DNA of 64,000 nt from Candidatus Iainarchaeum sp. Lineage in GTDB: Archaea; Iainarchaeota; Iainarchaeia; Iainarchaeales; UBA10191. This document shows positions 30,905-40,468 of this stretch, in pieces. How positions within the stretch are numbered: position 1 is the stretch's first letter; the number at the start of each line of letters is the position of its first letter. The translations under genes and the position numbers were made by a program. Below the pieces are notes generated by a model. That model saw only the letters and a program-made list of their open reading frames with translations, was not told where the DNA came from and made no database searches. The stretch lies in contig JAUSFL010000008.1 of assembly GCA_030649735.1 (NCBI GenBank), positions 64,001 through 128,000 on the forward strand, written 5' to 3'.

Positions 30905-32170
30905 TCACTCGTGATTTTTCCTGACTCTCACTGGCTTTGTCCTGACTGGCTCTGTCTGCCATGCTTTCGGCAATACTTCGTCAAACACGTCGCTCATTTG
31001 GATTGTTCCAATTAGCGTTGAATTGTCGTCAATCACTGGAAGCGCCAAAAAATGGTATTTGAAGAAAGTTTTTGCGGCTTTTTTCAAATTGTCATTGGCG
31101 TGCAAAAATACCAGGTTTTGCTCCGCAAGGCTTTTCACCCGGCTTTTAGGGTTTGGGAATACAAGGTCCCTTATTGAAACAACTCCTGAAAGCTTGTTTT
31201 CTTCATTGATCAAGTAAAAATAGTACGGGCTTTCCGGAGTCTTTTGCTTCCTTAAGAAAGCCAGAGTCTGTCCCACAGTATAATTTTCAGGGATTGAAAT
31301 CAATTCCGCCTTCATCAGTCCCCCGACTGAAATTTTTGGGTATTTCAGGATTTGCGAAACTTGCTCTGCCTTTTTGCCGTCAACATGCCTTGCAATGTGC
31401 TGCATTTTTTCCCCGCTTAAAGCAGTGCTCAAGTCCGCGATTTCGTCAGGCGAAAGGTTTTTCACAAGCCTTTTGATTTTTTGCGCGTGCAAGTGCTCCA
31501 TCAAAGAGCGCTGGACATTAGGGTTGGATTCTGCAAACGTATCCGCGGCCTTTTCGTCATTCAATGCATTGAATAAAATGTTTCTTTCAGAATGGCTTAA
31601 TTCTTCAAGCAAGTCCGCAATGTCTGCAGGATGGACCTTGTTTATTTTTGTTTTTGAAAGATTCAGGCTCAAGTGCGCCGGGCTTAATGACAATGCCTGC
31701 ACGTAAGCCCATGGAATAAGCACTGGCTTTAGGCCTGGCTTTAACGCGAGGACTATTTTTTCCACGCCAAGCCTTTTCAAAAGGCTTGTTATTCCGACAG
31801 CAACGCTTGAGATGAAGAACTTTTCCCCGATTTTTGAAAGCAAGACATCATTCACCCTGACGACCTTCAATCCATTAGTGTCAACCAATTGCCTGTCAAG
31901 CAGAATGTCGTTGATTAAAAGGTCAGAGTCTTCAAGTTCTTCGCGCTTTAGCTTTTCTTTAGGGCAGTAAAGGAACACAGCATTGCTTATGCTTGCAATG
32001 CATTTCCATTCAATCCTGAATTTCTTGCTGTTTTTCACGACCGCGTGCGTTATTTCGGCAAGGTTTTCCCCGTCCTTGAATGCAAGGTCAGCCAGTACTC
32101 CAATTTTTTCTCCCTTGTAGTCAAAGACTGGCTTTCCAATAAGCTCGCTGAAGTATGCTGAATTTGCCAT
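30905..32170 (-). CDS. PRC-barrel / MgtE N-terminal / CBS-pair protein with no TM domain
   Basis: QLVDTNGLKVVRVND, HPADIADLLEEL, two CBS domains. Confidence 0.88.
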   Translation of the reverse strand: MANSAYFSELIGKPVFDYKGEKIGVLADLAFKDGENLAEITHAVVKNSKKFRIEWKCIASISNAVFLYCPKEKLKREELEDSDLLINDILLDRQLVDTNGLKVVRVNDVLLSKIGEKFFISSVAVGITSLLKRLGVEKIVLALKPGLKPVLIPWAYVQALSLSPAHLSLNLSKTKINKVHPADIADLLEELSHSERNILFNALNDEKAADTFAESNPNVQRSLMEHLHAQKIKRLVKNLSPDEIADLSTALSGEKMQHIARHVDGKKAEQVSQILKYPKISVGGLMKAELISIPENYTVGQTLAFLRKQKTPESPYYFYLINEENKLSGVVSIRDLVFPNPKSRVKSLAEQNLVFLHANDNLKKAAKTFFKYHFLALPVIDDNSTLIGTIQMSDVFDEVLPKAWQTEPVRTKPVRVRKNHE

Positions 32171-32266
32171 TTGCAGTCCCAAAAAAATTAATTGCAAAAT
32201 AACTAAAGGAAAAATAGTATAAATAACTTTCTTGCTTCCCAAATTTCCAGAATTGCCAAAACTTGG

Positions 32267-32551
32267 CTACTTTTTTACAACGCCAAGCCTAGTGAGCACT
32301 CGCCTTGCATGTTCAATGTCATAGCAGCCAAAGCTGCCTTTAAAATCCCCGTTCTTTTCAAACACTCTCACCCAATATTTGAAATGCCCCGCGCCTTGTG
32401 ATTTTTCCAAGCGAATGTTTTTTCCAGGAGCTGAATGCTTTTCAATTACAATGTTCGCAAAAGCCGGAGGATTCAATGAATTTTGCGGTTGCCTGATTCC
32501 TGTTTGCTCTTTTTTGATTTCCATCGGCTTGAATGGCTTTTTTGGAGGCAT
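32267..32551 (-). CDS. Orphan basic protein with MPPKKPFKP N-terminus
   Basis: Fills the intergenic space; AT-rich TATA-like box about 23 nt upstream. Confidence 0.65.
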   Translation of the reverse strand: MPPKKPFKPMEIKKEQTGIRQPQNSLNPPAFANIVIEKHSAPGKNIRLEKSQGAGHFKYWVRVFEKNGDFKGSFGCYDIEHARRVLTRLGVVKK

Positions 32552-32579
32552 GAAAAATTGACTCTCCGCAAGAATTTAA

Positions 32580-33572
32580 TTATTGCGTCAAAAAGGCCTT
32601 TTCGTAATTGAATTTTTTGTCAACCAGCTCTTCAAGCCTTATTCCATAAAGCTTGTCAAACCATTCAATGCATTCTTCATTGTAATTCTTCAAGAGCGCC
32701 TGGTAGTATGATTCCCAATTCCTTTCAGTGCAGGTTATTCTTTGCACAATCCGCTTGAATGCCGGGGTGTTTTCAAAAAATGCTGCCTTGTCAGCGAATT
32801 CTGGAATAAAGTCGATTATCCTTCCAATGTCAATTTCCTTGAGCAGCATTTCAATGTCTTTTCTGCCCTTGATTTTGTTGGCCAGCACAAAAATCTTTTC
32901 CTTGCTTTGGGACTTTTCAAAAAAAGTGCAGTAATGCATTATGCTTTCCCTTGAAGGCTCAACGACAAAGATTTTCAAGTCAAGGCAGAATGAAGACTCT
33001 GTCAGGAAATAATCGTTGAATGAGCTTGAATCCAAAATCACGAATTCTATTGGATTGTCCAGAATCCTGTTCAGCACAAATGAAAGAGAGGAAACGTCCA
33101 TGTACTCTTGGCCGGCAGTTTTGGAAAATTCCTTGCCTTCAATTTCGCCCAGCATCAAGTCCATTGCCTTTTGCTCAAAGTCTTTCTGGCTTTCTGGATT
33201 GCTTCCAATAGAAAGCAGTGAAATGTTCTCTTTTTGCAGCGCAAAGCTTGAAAGGAAAGAGTCTTTTTTTGAAACCTTGATGAATTTTGAATTGGTTCCC
33301 GGGGGAAAGCTTCCAATCGGCGGCAAAAACCCGAGCTCTTTCACTTCTTGCCTTTCGCCTTCAAGGAATTGGAAAACCCTGCCAAAATTTTTTCCCAATA
33401 AGACTTGAATTCCGCGGATTTCCAATGCATCCTGCAATTCAATGCCGTTATTGTCTGAAATTGCAATCACATGGCCTGCTCTTTTTTTCAAAAAGTTCAC
33501 GAAAGCCGCGCTTGCAAGAGTTTTTCCGCTGCCTTTGCTCCCAAAAAATGCAATCCTCAATTCAATCGCCAA
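32580..33572 (-). CDS. CooC/ParA-like SIMIBI ATPase (degenerate)
   Basis: IAFFGSKGSGKT Walker A, VILD Walker B, VVEPS, ANKI. Confidence 0.75.
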   Translation of the reverse strand: MAIELRIAFFGSKGSGKTLASAAFVNFLKKRAGHVIAISDNNGIELQDALEIRGIQVLLGKNFGRVFQFLEGERQEVKELGFLPPIGSFPPGTNSKFIKVSKKDSFLSSFALQKENISLLSIGSNPESQKDFEQKAMDLMLGEIEGKEFSKTAGQEYMDVSSLSFVLNRILDNPIEFVILDSSSFNDYFLTESSFCLDLKIFVVEPSRESIMHYCTFFEKSQSKEKIFVLANKIKGRKDIEMLLKEIDIGRIIDFIPEFADKAAFFENTPAFKRIVQRITCTERNWESYYQALLKNYNEECIEWFDKLYGIRLEELVDKKFNYEKAFLTQ

Positions 33573-33697
33573 AAAATCGAACGTACTAAGGATGATTGAA
33601 AAGTTAAAAAACCTTTTGAATTAGGATTGCGAACGGAGATTCACGACCGGAAGTTTGGCAACCAAAGAATGTAATGTTGAAATTCATTGAATAAATC

Positions 33698-34645
33698 ATG
33701 AATTCTTTTTTGGATTTGGATTTTGATGAACGCTTGGCAGTTTTTGAAAAAGCAATGGAGTTAAGGAAGTCGGGGCTTGGCTACAAGCGCATAACAAAAG
33801 CAGTATTTAATGAATTGAACATCCAAATCCCGTATAGCACTCTTGCTTACTGGTGCAAAAATAAGATCCAATTGCTCGGCGGAGAAAACCAATTTACTCC
33901 AGAACCATCACCAGAACTCAGTTATGTTCTGGGAGTTTGCTTTGGGGATGCTGGCCTGGTTTTGGATTCTCGGAAAAGCGATTACAAACTCGTGCTTGAG
34001 ACAATAGATAATGATTTTGCCGAAAAATTCTCCCAATGCGGTTCAAAAGTTTTGAAGAAAACAAGGAATTATTCTATAAATTATAGTGCAAAAAGGCAAA
34101 TATATGCTACAAAGGCAAGAAGCAAGCAATTGTACTATTTTGTTAAATCAGTAAAGGAAAATTTTGAACTTGTTAAACCAATTGCTGAAAAGTTCCCGGC
34201 AGAGTTTATTCAAGGGGTGGCTGACTCTGAAGGATGCCCAGCAATTTCTGCGGCAAAAAACTTCAAGGTTGCTGTTTGTGTAGCGTATAGTGCAAATTAT
34301 GAATTATTGGAATATATCCAGCAACTCTTGCTGCACGAATTCAGCATTGTTTCAGCTTTACGATTATTCAAGCTTCCTGGAATGGCTGACTCAATAATAA
34401 ACGGCAGAATAATTGTCAGGACGAAAAAATTGTACTGCTTGAGCATTACTTCCAAACTAAACGTGGAAAATTATTTTTCCAAAGTTGGATTTTCAATTGC
34501 AAGAAAACAATCTAAATTTTCAGATGCGATTAGTATTTTGTCATTGGGCGAAAATGAAGCTCTTAATTGGTGGCATTTGCATTATGTTAAAATAGGAAAA
34601 CAGTGGAAAAAAATTGACGAAAATAATATTCGTCAATTGTCTTAA
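33698..34645 (+). CDS. Free-standing LAGLIDADG homing-endonuclease-like protein with N-terminal HTH
   Basis: LSYVLGVCFGDAG and FIQGVADSEG motifs; HTH-like GLGYKRI..STLAYW; visibly AT-richer than flanks. Confidence 0.88.
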   Translation: MNSFLDLDFDERLAVFEKAMELRKSGLGYKRITKAVFNELNIQIPYSTLAYWCKNKIQLLGGENQFTPEPSPELSYVLGVCFGDAGLVLDSRKSDYKLVLETIDNDFAEKFSQCGSKVLKKTRNYSINYSAKRQIYATKARSKQLYYFVKSVKENFELVKPIAEKFPAEFIQGVADSEGCPAISAAKNFKVAVCVAYSANYELLEYIQQLLLHEFSIVSALRLFKLPGMADSIINGRIIVRTKKLYCLSITSKLNVENYFSKVGFSIARKQSKFSDAISILSLGENEALNWWHLHYVKIGKQWKKIDENNIRQLS

Positions 34646-34648
34646 AAT

Positions 34649-34773
34649 CGCCCTGACCGGGAATTGCACCCGAGTCTCAACCGCACCGCAACCGCGAAAT
34701 TTTCCGCCAACGCTTTTTTCGAAGAAAAAAGGGTTGTGACAGGGTTGAATCCTAACTACTAGACTATCAGGGC
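34649..34773 (-). tRNA. tRNA-Asp(GUC) with 53-nt intron at 37/38 (34684-34736)
   Basis: Acceptor GCCCTGA/TCAGGGC, anticodon stem CAACC/GGTTG; BHB: CTGT-CA^C-AACC ... GGTT-GCGG-TG^C. Confidence 0.93.
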
Positions 34774-34902
34774 TTTTGTTGATTGCCTGTTAATTAATTT
34801 TTCAACTGAAGTTTTTTTAAAGCAGACCAGTCAATGCCCCGGTTATGTTGCCTGTGGGTAAGCTTTAAATAATTCGCTGGCATTACTTTAGAGGGCTTTG
34901 GA

Positions 34903-36609
34903 GTGGTTGAAAAAAAAGTTTTGAAGGCAATTTCTTCAAAGTCCAGCGACGAATTTTATTCTCCAGTGCCGAAAAATTTTGTGAAAGGAAAGACAAAATT
35001 CATTTTTGTCACTGGCTCTGTAATGAGCGGTTTAGGAAAGGGGATTTTCACTGCCTCTTTAGGCCGCCTGCTTGTGGACAGGGGATTGAAAGTCCGGCCA
35101 ATGAAGCTTGAGGCTTACTTGAATGTTGATTCCGGGACAATAAACCCTTACAGGCATGGCGAGGTTTTTGTGCTTGATGACGGGACAGAGACTGACATGG
35201 ACTTGGGGACTTACGAGCGTTTTTTGGACATTACTTTGGACAAGAACAGCTTTGTGACTTCCGGAAGGATTTACAAGAATGTCATTGAGAAGGAACGGCG
35301 CGGCGAATACTTGGGCCGTGACGTGCAGTTCATTCCTCACGTTACTGGAGAGGCAAAGCTTGCTGTCTTGAATCTTGCGGCTTCTTCAAAGGCAGACGTT
35401 GTGCTTGTTGAGATTGGGGGGACTGTCGGCGATTATGAAAACCTTTTTGCAATTGAGGCAATGCGCGAGCTTGCTTTCCAATTGGGCAAGGAAAACGTTT
35501 GCTTTGTCAACTTGACTTTTGTTTTAGAGCCAAAGCATGCCGGAGAATTCAAGAGCAAGGCCGCGCAATTGGGATTAAGAAAGCTTTTGGAACTTGGCAT
35601 TACTCCGGACGTGATTGTCTGCCGTTCGCAAAACCAAATTCCTGAAAAAATCAAGGAAAAAATCAGCATGAATTCCGGAGTTCAAATGAACAGGGTTTTT
35701 GCATTGCCTGACATTGACAACATTTACAAGATCCCTTTGTTCTTGCGCAAGCAAGGCGTTGACGAGAAAATCCTTGAAGTTTTGGAATTGAGCAAAAAAT
35801 TCAAGGCCAATGGAAGCAAGAGCCTGAAGTCTTGGACTGCAAAGAACTTGATTCCTGAAAGAAAGCCAGTTACTATTGGAATTGTCGGAAAGTACACTGG
35901 CTTGCATGACGCTTACATCAGCATTTTGAAGGCCTTGGAGCATTGTGCAGCAAAGTCAAAAACTCCTTTCAGGCTTGAATGGATTGAGTCTGCGAATTTG
36001 GAAAAGCCGGGCGGGGAAAATGCCTTGAAAAGAATTGACGGCATGATAATTCCCGGGGGCTTTGGAAGCCGCGGCGTTGAAGGAAAAATTAGCGCAGTAA
36101 AATTCGCGCGAGAGAAAAAAATCCCTTTTTTGGGATTGTGCTATGGCTTTCAAATGGCGGTCATTGAGCATGCAAGGAATGCCTGTGGCTTGAAGAACGC
36201 CAACACCACTGAGGTTGATGCAAAAACCCCAAGCCCTGTGATTTGCATTCTTCCAGAGCAGGACGAGATTGAAGACTTGGGCGGAACAATGCGCCTTGGC
36301 GGCTTTGATGTTTTGATAAGCCCTAAAACAATCGCGCATTCGCTTTACGGCTCTTTGAAGGCGCGCGAGCGCTTCAGGCACAGGTTTAACGTGAACACTG
36401 AATTCATTGGCGCTTTGGAAAAGAATGGAATGGTTTTTTCAGGCAAGGCTCCGAAAAAGCGGATAATGCAAATTTTAGAGCTTTCTAAAGAAGCCCATCC
36501 TTTTTTTGTGGCTTCGCAGTTCCATCCGGAATTGACTTCAAGGCCTTTGAAGCCAAACCCGCTGTTCCTTGGGTTTTACAGCGCGTGCAGGAAAAAGGCC
36601 GGGCTTTAG
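34903..36609 (+). CDS. pyrG: CTP synthase
   Basis: SGLGKG, HGEVFV.DDG.ETDMDLG, GLCYG, QFHPE. Confidence 0.98.
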   Translation: MVEKKVLKAISSKSSDEFYSPVPKNFVKGKTKFIFVTGSVMSGLGKGIFTASLGRLLVDRGLKVRPMKLEAYLNVDSGTINPYRHGEVFVLDDGTETDMDLGTYERFLDITLDKNSFVTSGRIYKNVIEKERRGEYLGRDVQFIPHVTGEAKLAVLNLAASSKADVVLVEIGGTVGDYENLFAIEAMRELAFQLGKENVCFVNLTFVLEPKHAGEFKSKAAQLGLRKLLELGITPDVIVCRSQNQIPEKIKEKISMNSGVQMNRVFALPDIDNIYKIPLFLRKQGVDEKILEVLELSKKFKANGSKSLKSWTAKNLIPERKPVTIGIVGKYTGLHDAYISILKALEHCAAKSKTPFRLEWIESANLEKPGGENALKRIDGMIIPGGFGSRGVEGKISAVKFAREKKIPFLGLCYGFQMAVIEHARNACGLKNANTTEVDAKTPSPVICILPEQDEIEDLGGTMRLGGFDVLISPKTIAHSLYGSLKARERFRHRFNVNTEFIGALEKNGMVFSGKAPKKRIMQILELSKEAHPFFVASQFHPELTSRPLKPNPLFLGFYSACRKKAGL

Positions 36610-36615
36610 TTTTTT

Positions 36616-37143
36616 TCAGAAATTCTTGTTTATTCGGTTTATTTTCTCAAGGAATTCCCCGAATGCCTTTTTTGCTTCAGCGCGTTTTTCTTTTGAAACT
36701 TTTCCAGTCCTTGCAAGCATTGCAAACTCCAGCAGCGTTCCCTTGTATTCTGAAAGGTCTTTCATGGCGTTGTGTATTAAATTGAACAAAAACAGCGAGT
36801 CTTCCTGCGAGTACTTGCTTAATTTCGGGTCTTTCATCAATTTTTCAAAATTTTCCTTCATTTCCCTAAAGTTTTCTGAAAGTTCCTTGAATTTTTTCCT
36901 TCCTGCTTTTGTGATTGCGTAGACTTTCTTTTTCCTTCCTGTTTTTGCTTCAGTCTTGATTTGAACCAGTTTTTCTTTTTTCAATTCTTCCAGTGCCGGA
37001 TATAATGCCCCAGCGGTTGGCTTCCACAAGTTCATGCTGTTTTCGCTGATTTTTTGCATCAGGAGATAGCCGTGCACTGGCTGCTCGTTCAATACTTTAA
37101 GGATGAAAAATTTTAATTGTCCTTTGAAAAAGTTGATGTTCAT
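36616..37143 (-). CDS. PadR-family transcriptional regulator
   Basis: HGYLLM, GALYPALEEL, KKVYAIT.AG. Confidence 0.92.
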   Translation of the reverse strand: MNINFFKGQLKFFILKVLNEQPVHGYLLMQKISENSMNLWKPTAGALYPALEELKKEKLVQIKTEAKTGRKKKVYAITKAGRKKFKELSENFREMKENFEKLMKDPKLSKYSQEDSLFLFNLIHNAMKDLSEYKGTLLEFAMLARTGKVSKEKRAEAKKAFGEFLEKINRINKNF

Positions 37144-37144
37144 T

Positions 37145-38374
37145 TCATTCAGACCCCCTTAGCGCTTCAACCGGGTCAAGCTTTGCTGCCCTGCTTGCAG
37201 GATATGCCCCGGAGGCCATTCCGACAATCAATGAAAAGGCCATTGCCCCGATTACTAGCATTATGTCAAATTGCACGTCAAGCGCAAATCCGCTTGCGTT
37301 TGCTATTATTCCGACAAGGAACGCGAGCGCATACCCGATTATTATTCCAATTATTCCGCCCACCAGCCCGATGAATCCGGCCTCAAGCACAAAAATGCTC
37401 AGCACCAGCCCGTCGGTTGCCCCGATTGCCTTCATTACGCCGATTTCCTTTGTTCTTTCCATGACTGCCATTATCATAGTGTTCATTATTCCAATGCATC
37501 CTACAAGCAGTGAAATCGCGGCAATTCCTACAAGGAATAATTGGATGATTCCCAAAATGTTGTTTATGCTTTCCAAAACCTGCTCGCTGGAAATTACAGT
37601 GAATTCTTTCTGGTTTTTTCCGTAATCGCGCTCAAAAATTTTCTGGATTTTTTCCTGCACTGCATTGATGTCTTCCTTGCTTTCTGCCCTGATCATTGCG
37701 AAGACAGGCTTTGTGTTCGGGTAAATTTGCTCGTAGCCTTTCTTAGTCATGAAAATTGCGGTGTTTGTGTTTGGCCCGCCGCCAAAGGAAGTGCTGGATT
37801 TTTTTGTTATTCCGACAACCCTGAAGGACTTTCCTTTAATTATTATCTTGTCCCTTACCCTGACTTCTTTTGGAAACATTGTCTTGCCGTGGGCAATGTT
37901 GTATCCTATCATTACTGCAAAAGTATCGCTTGGCTGAAGGCCTCGTCCATCGCCAACTTCCGCAAAGCCTGTTGCCTGGAATGCCTTGGCTTCTTTGGCG
38001 TCAACTGCATAGATTGAAATTCTCGCGTTTTCCCTTGCAAAACTGACTATTGCTGAATTCGTCAAGGGTGCGAGCACGTCAGAGACTTGGGGGATGCCTT
38101 TGATTTGTGAAAGCTCAGAGTCTGTCAATTGGGTTGTTGTTGTTGCGGCTGAATTTGAGCCGCCAAGGCTTGAAGATCCAGGCGCAATGAAAATAGTGTT
38201 TGCCCCCAATTTTTCAAACTGCTGGGTCACTGCATTGTTTAAGCCGCTGCCAAGGGAAATCAAGGTGACTATTGCAGCCACTCCAATGACAACGCCAATC
38301 AGCGTCAAATAGCTTCTTAGGCCTTGCCTTGAGAGATTCCTTAAGGCAACGCTGAATACTTCAAAATCCAGCAT
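37145..38374 (-). CDS. MacB/FtsX-type ABC permease
   Basis: RSYLTLIGVVIG, GIMNTM...ERTKEIG..KAIGA, AAKLDPVEALR. Confidence 0.95.
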   Translation of the reverse strand: MLDFEVFSVALRNLSRQGLRSYLTLIGVVIGVAAIVTLISLGSGLNNAVTQQFEKLGANTIFIAPGSSSLGGSNSAATTTTQLTDSELSQIKGIPQVSDVLAPLTNSAIVSFARENARISIYAVDAKEAKAFQATGFAEVGDGRGLQPSDTFAVMIGYNIAHGKTMFPKEVRVRDKIIIKGKSFRVVGITKKSSTSFGGGPNTNTAIFMTKKGYEQIYPNTKPVFAMIRAESKEDINAVQEKIQKIFERDYGKNQKEFTVISSEQVLESINNILGIIQLFLVGIAAISLLVGCIGIMNTMIMAVMERTKEIGVMKAIGATDGLVLSIFVLEAGFIGLVGGIIGIIIGYALAFLVGIIANASGFALDVQFDIMLVIGAMAFSLIVGMASGAYPASRAAKLDPVEALRGSE

Positions 38375-38380
38375 TCAATT

Positions 38381-39607
38381 TCACTTTTTCTTTTTCCTTC
38401 CAAAAATCAAGTACGCGATTCCAACAATCGCCAGGATGGCTATTAGATAAAGCGTCCATGGAGTTTGCTGGCTTGTTTGGCTTGCAATTTCTGCTGGAGT
38501 GTAAAGCATTACTGGAATTTTTTGCACTATTTCCTGCTCTTCGCCGAATTCGTTCTTGAATTTCATTGTGATTTCCAAGGTGTGCAGTCCAGCGTTTTCA
38601 GTGATTGGGACAGTCGCATTTAATGTCAGGTTGTCTGAATCGTCAGAGTTCAAGGTTCCAATGAAGAAATTGCCTTGCTTGAATGTTGCAAAGTCTGCCT
38701 TTGCGCTTAAAGTCAAGTACTTTGCTGTTCCAGTGCCTGTATTGAAAATGTCCACTGTTATTGCGGACTTTTGGCCTGCAGCAAGCAATGGCGTAATGTC
38801 TGAAATGCTTGCGCCAAGCTCTGCATTGTCCAAGACCTTGATTCCTACATATTCTGTCTGGGTGTATTTTGTCCTGTTTTCATCATAGAATGTCAAAGTC
38901 AATGGAATATAGTATGCTTTGGCAGTGGCGCTTGGGTTTATCATTAATGGAATTTGCGCGCTTGCTGTCTCGTCAATTTTCAATGACTTGATGTTGGAAA
39001 ATGCCGCGCCTAAAGGCACAATGTCTCTTTCAACAATAATTCCTGTTGTTGTGACAGTCCTGTCTTCCGCCAATCCAATGCTGATGTTCAATGCATTGCT
39101 GTTTCCAGTGTTTTGCAGAATGAGCTGAAGGCTTGCTGTCTTTCCAATTTCAGCGCTTGTTGGGCTTGAGGAAACAACCATCAAGGCCGGCTTTCTTTTC
39201 AAGACGATTATTGAAATTGGAGTTGATTTTTCAATATTGCTGTTTTCTCCGGTTTCAATGTATAAAGTGTAGCTTCCGTCAGGAGTTTTTGGGTCTACAA
39301 GTATTTTATAGCTTACAAGGGCTGTTTGGTTTGCCAGCACATTCCCAAGGTTTTTTTGCGCTGCCTCCCCAATTGCTAACGAGAATGGAAATTCAGAGCC
39401 GCCCGCGCTTTTAAATTTCAAGTTGACAATTCCTTTCTCTGAGATTCCGTTCGAATTGTTGAAAACATGCGCCCAAAGAATTATTGTTCCCCCAGGGCTT
39501 GCCGGCGCAACATCATAGTTTGTTGAGGAAACCTCCAAGTTTCCTGCAACTGCAAGCGCCGCAAAAAACAGCACTCCCAAAATTACTGCAAAATTCTTGC
39601 TTATCAC
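38381..39607 (-). CDS. COG1361-type S-layer-domain protein of the ABC operon
   Basis: Signal peptide, repeated NTG Ig-like modules, C-terminal TM helix plus KKKK. Confidence 0.85.
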   Translation of the reverse strand: MISKNFAVILGVLFFAALAVAGNLEVSSTNYDVAPASPGGTIILWAHVFNNSNGISEKGIVNLKFKSAGGSEFPFSLAIGEAAQKNLGNVLANQTALVSYKILVDPKTPDGSYTLYIETGENSNIEKSTPISIIVLKRKPALMVVSSSPTSAEIGKTASLQLILQNTGNSNALNISIGLAEDRTVTTTGIIVERDIVPLGAAFSNIKSLKIDETASAQIPLMINPSATAKAYYIPLTLTFYDENRTKYTQTEYVGIKVLDNAELGASISDITPLLAAGQKSAITVDIFNTGTGTAKYLTLSAKADFATFKQGNFFIGTLNSDDSDNLTLNATVPITENAGLHTLEITMKFKNEFGEEQEIVQKIPVMLYTPAEIASQTSQQTPWTLYLIAILAIVGIAYLIFGRKKKK

Positions 39608-40344
39608 TTGTAATCCCTCCTGATTTTGGCTTCCTTGTGATTTCGGCCGCTCTCGCTTTTTTCAATTTGGCCGTCTTTAATATGAATTATCCTTTCCGCG
39701 CGCTCTGCAACGTAACGCTCGTGCGTTACAATAATTATTGTCTTGCCGTGCTTTTGATGCAAGTCATCAATCAATTCAAGGATTTTCGCGCCTGACTGCG
39801 AATCCAAATTTCCAGTCGGCTCGTCAGCCACTATGATGTCCGGGTTTGTCGCAAGCGCCCTTGCAATCGCGACTCTTTGCTTCTGTCCGCCTGAAAGCTC
39901 GTCAGGCCTGTGCTCCATCCTGTCGCCTAGTCCGACTTCCCTCAATATTTTTTCCGCTATTTTTTTCCTTTCTGAAATCGGGATTCCTTGAAACCATAAT
40001 GGCAGCATGACATTTTCCAATGCTGAAAGCCTTTTCACAAGCTCAAAATTCTGGAAAATGAATCCAATTGTCCTTCCCCTTAAGACCGCTAGCTCTGAAT
40101 CGTTCATTTCAGAAATTGGCTTTCCATTAATCAGGATTTCTCCAGTTGTCGGCCTTAAAAGCGCGCTTAATATGTCAAGCAGTGTTGTCTTTCCGCTTCC
40201 TGAATGGCCTGTTATTGAAATGAACTCTCCTTTCTTGATTTTCAAGTTGACTCCGCGCAATGCCGCGACTTCAGAGTCCCCCATCTTGTAAATTTTGAAG
40301 ACATCCCTTGCCTCAATTGCCGGGAGCCCAATTTCTTTCCCCAT
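39604..40344 (-). CDS. ABC transporter ATP-binding protein (LolD/MacB type)
   Basis: GHSGSGKT, LSGGQ, ADEPTGNLD, VTH. Confidence 0.97.
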   Translation of the reverse strand: MGKEIGLPAIEARDVFKIYKMGDSEVAALRGVNLKIKKGEFISITGHSGSGKTTLLDILSALLRPTTGEILINGKPISEMNDSELAVLRGRTIGFIFQNFELVKRLSALENVMLPLWFQGIPISERKKIAEKILREVGLGDRMEHRPDELSGGQKQRVAIARALATNPDIIVADEPTGNLDSQSGAKILELIDDLHQKHGKTIIIVTHERYVAERAERIIHIKDGQIEKSESGRNHKEAKIRRDYK

Positions 40345-40361
40345 TAAAACCAGCCGTTATG

Positions 40362-40381
40362 ATGTATTGGTACTGATATAT
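40362..40381. promoter_or_regulatory. Candidate PadR operator upstream of the ABC operon
   Basis: Imperfect palindrome ATGTATTGGTACTGATATAT between the TATA-like box (about 40384-40389, minus strand) and the start codon; operon ends with padR. Confidence 0.45.
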
Positions 40382-40468
40382 GCTTAAAAGCCTTCTCACG
40401 CAATCCTGAAAAAAACTAATTGCGTGAAAAACTGGTTTTAAAAAACTTTTCAAGCCTTAATTTCCTTC

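Noticed and set aside
33698-34645. LAGLIDADG as an intron- or intein-encoded ORF
   Set aside because: It lies outside and antisense to the tRNA; no flanking exon halves or intein termini are visible
40358-40378. Second C/D or K-loop RNA (ATGATG...CTGA)
   Set aside because: Imperfect C box, too short, no terminal stem; better explained as a DNA palindrome
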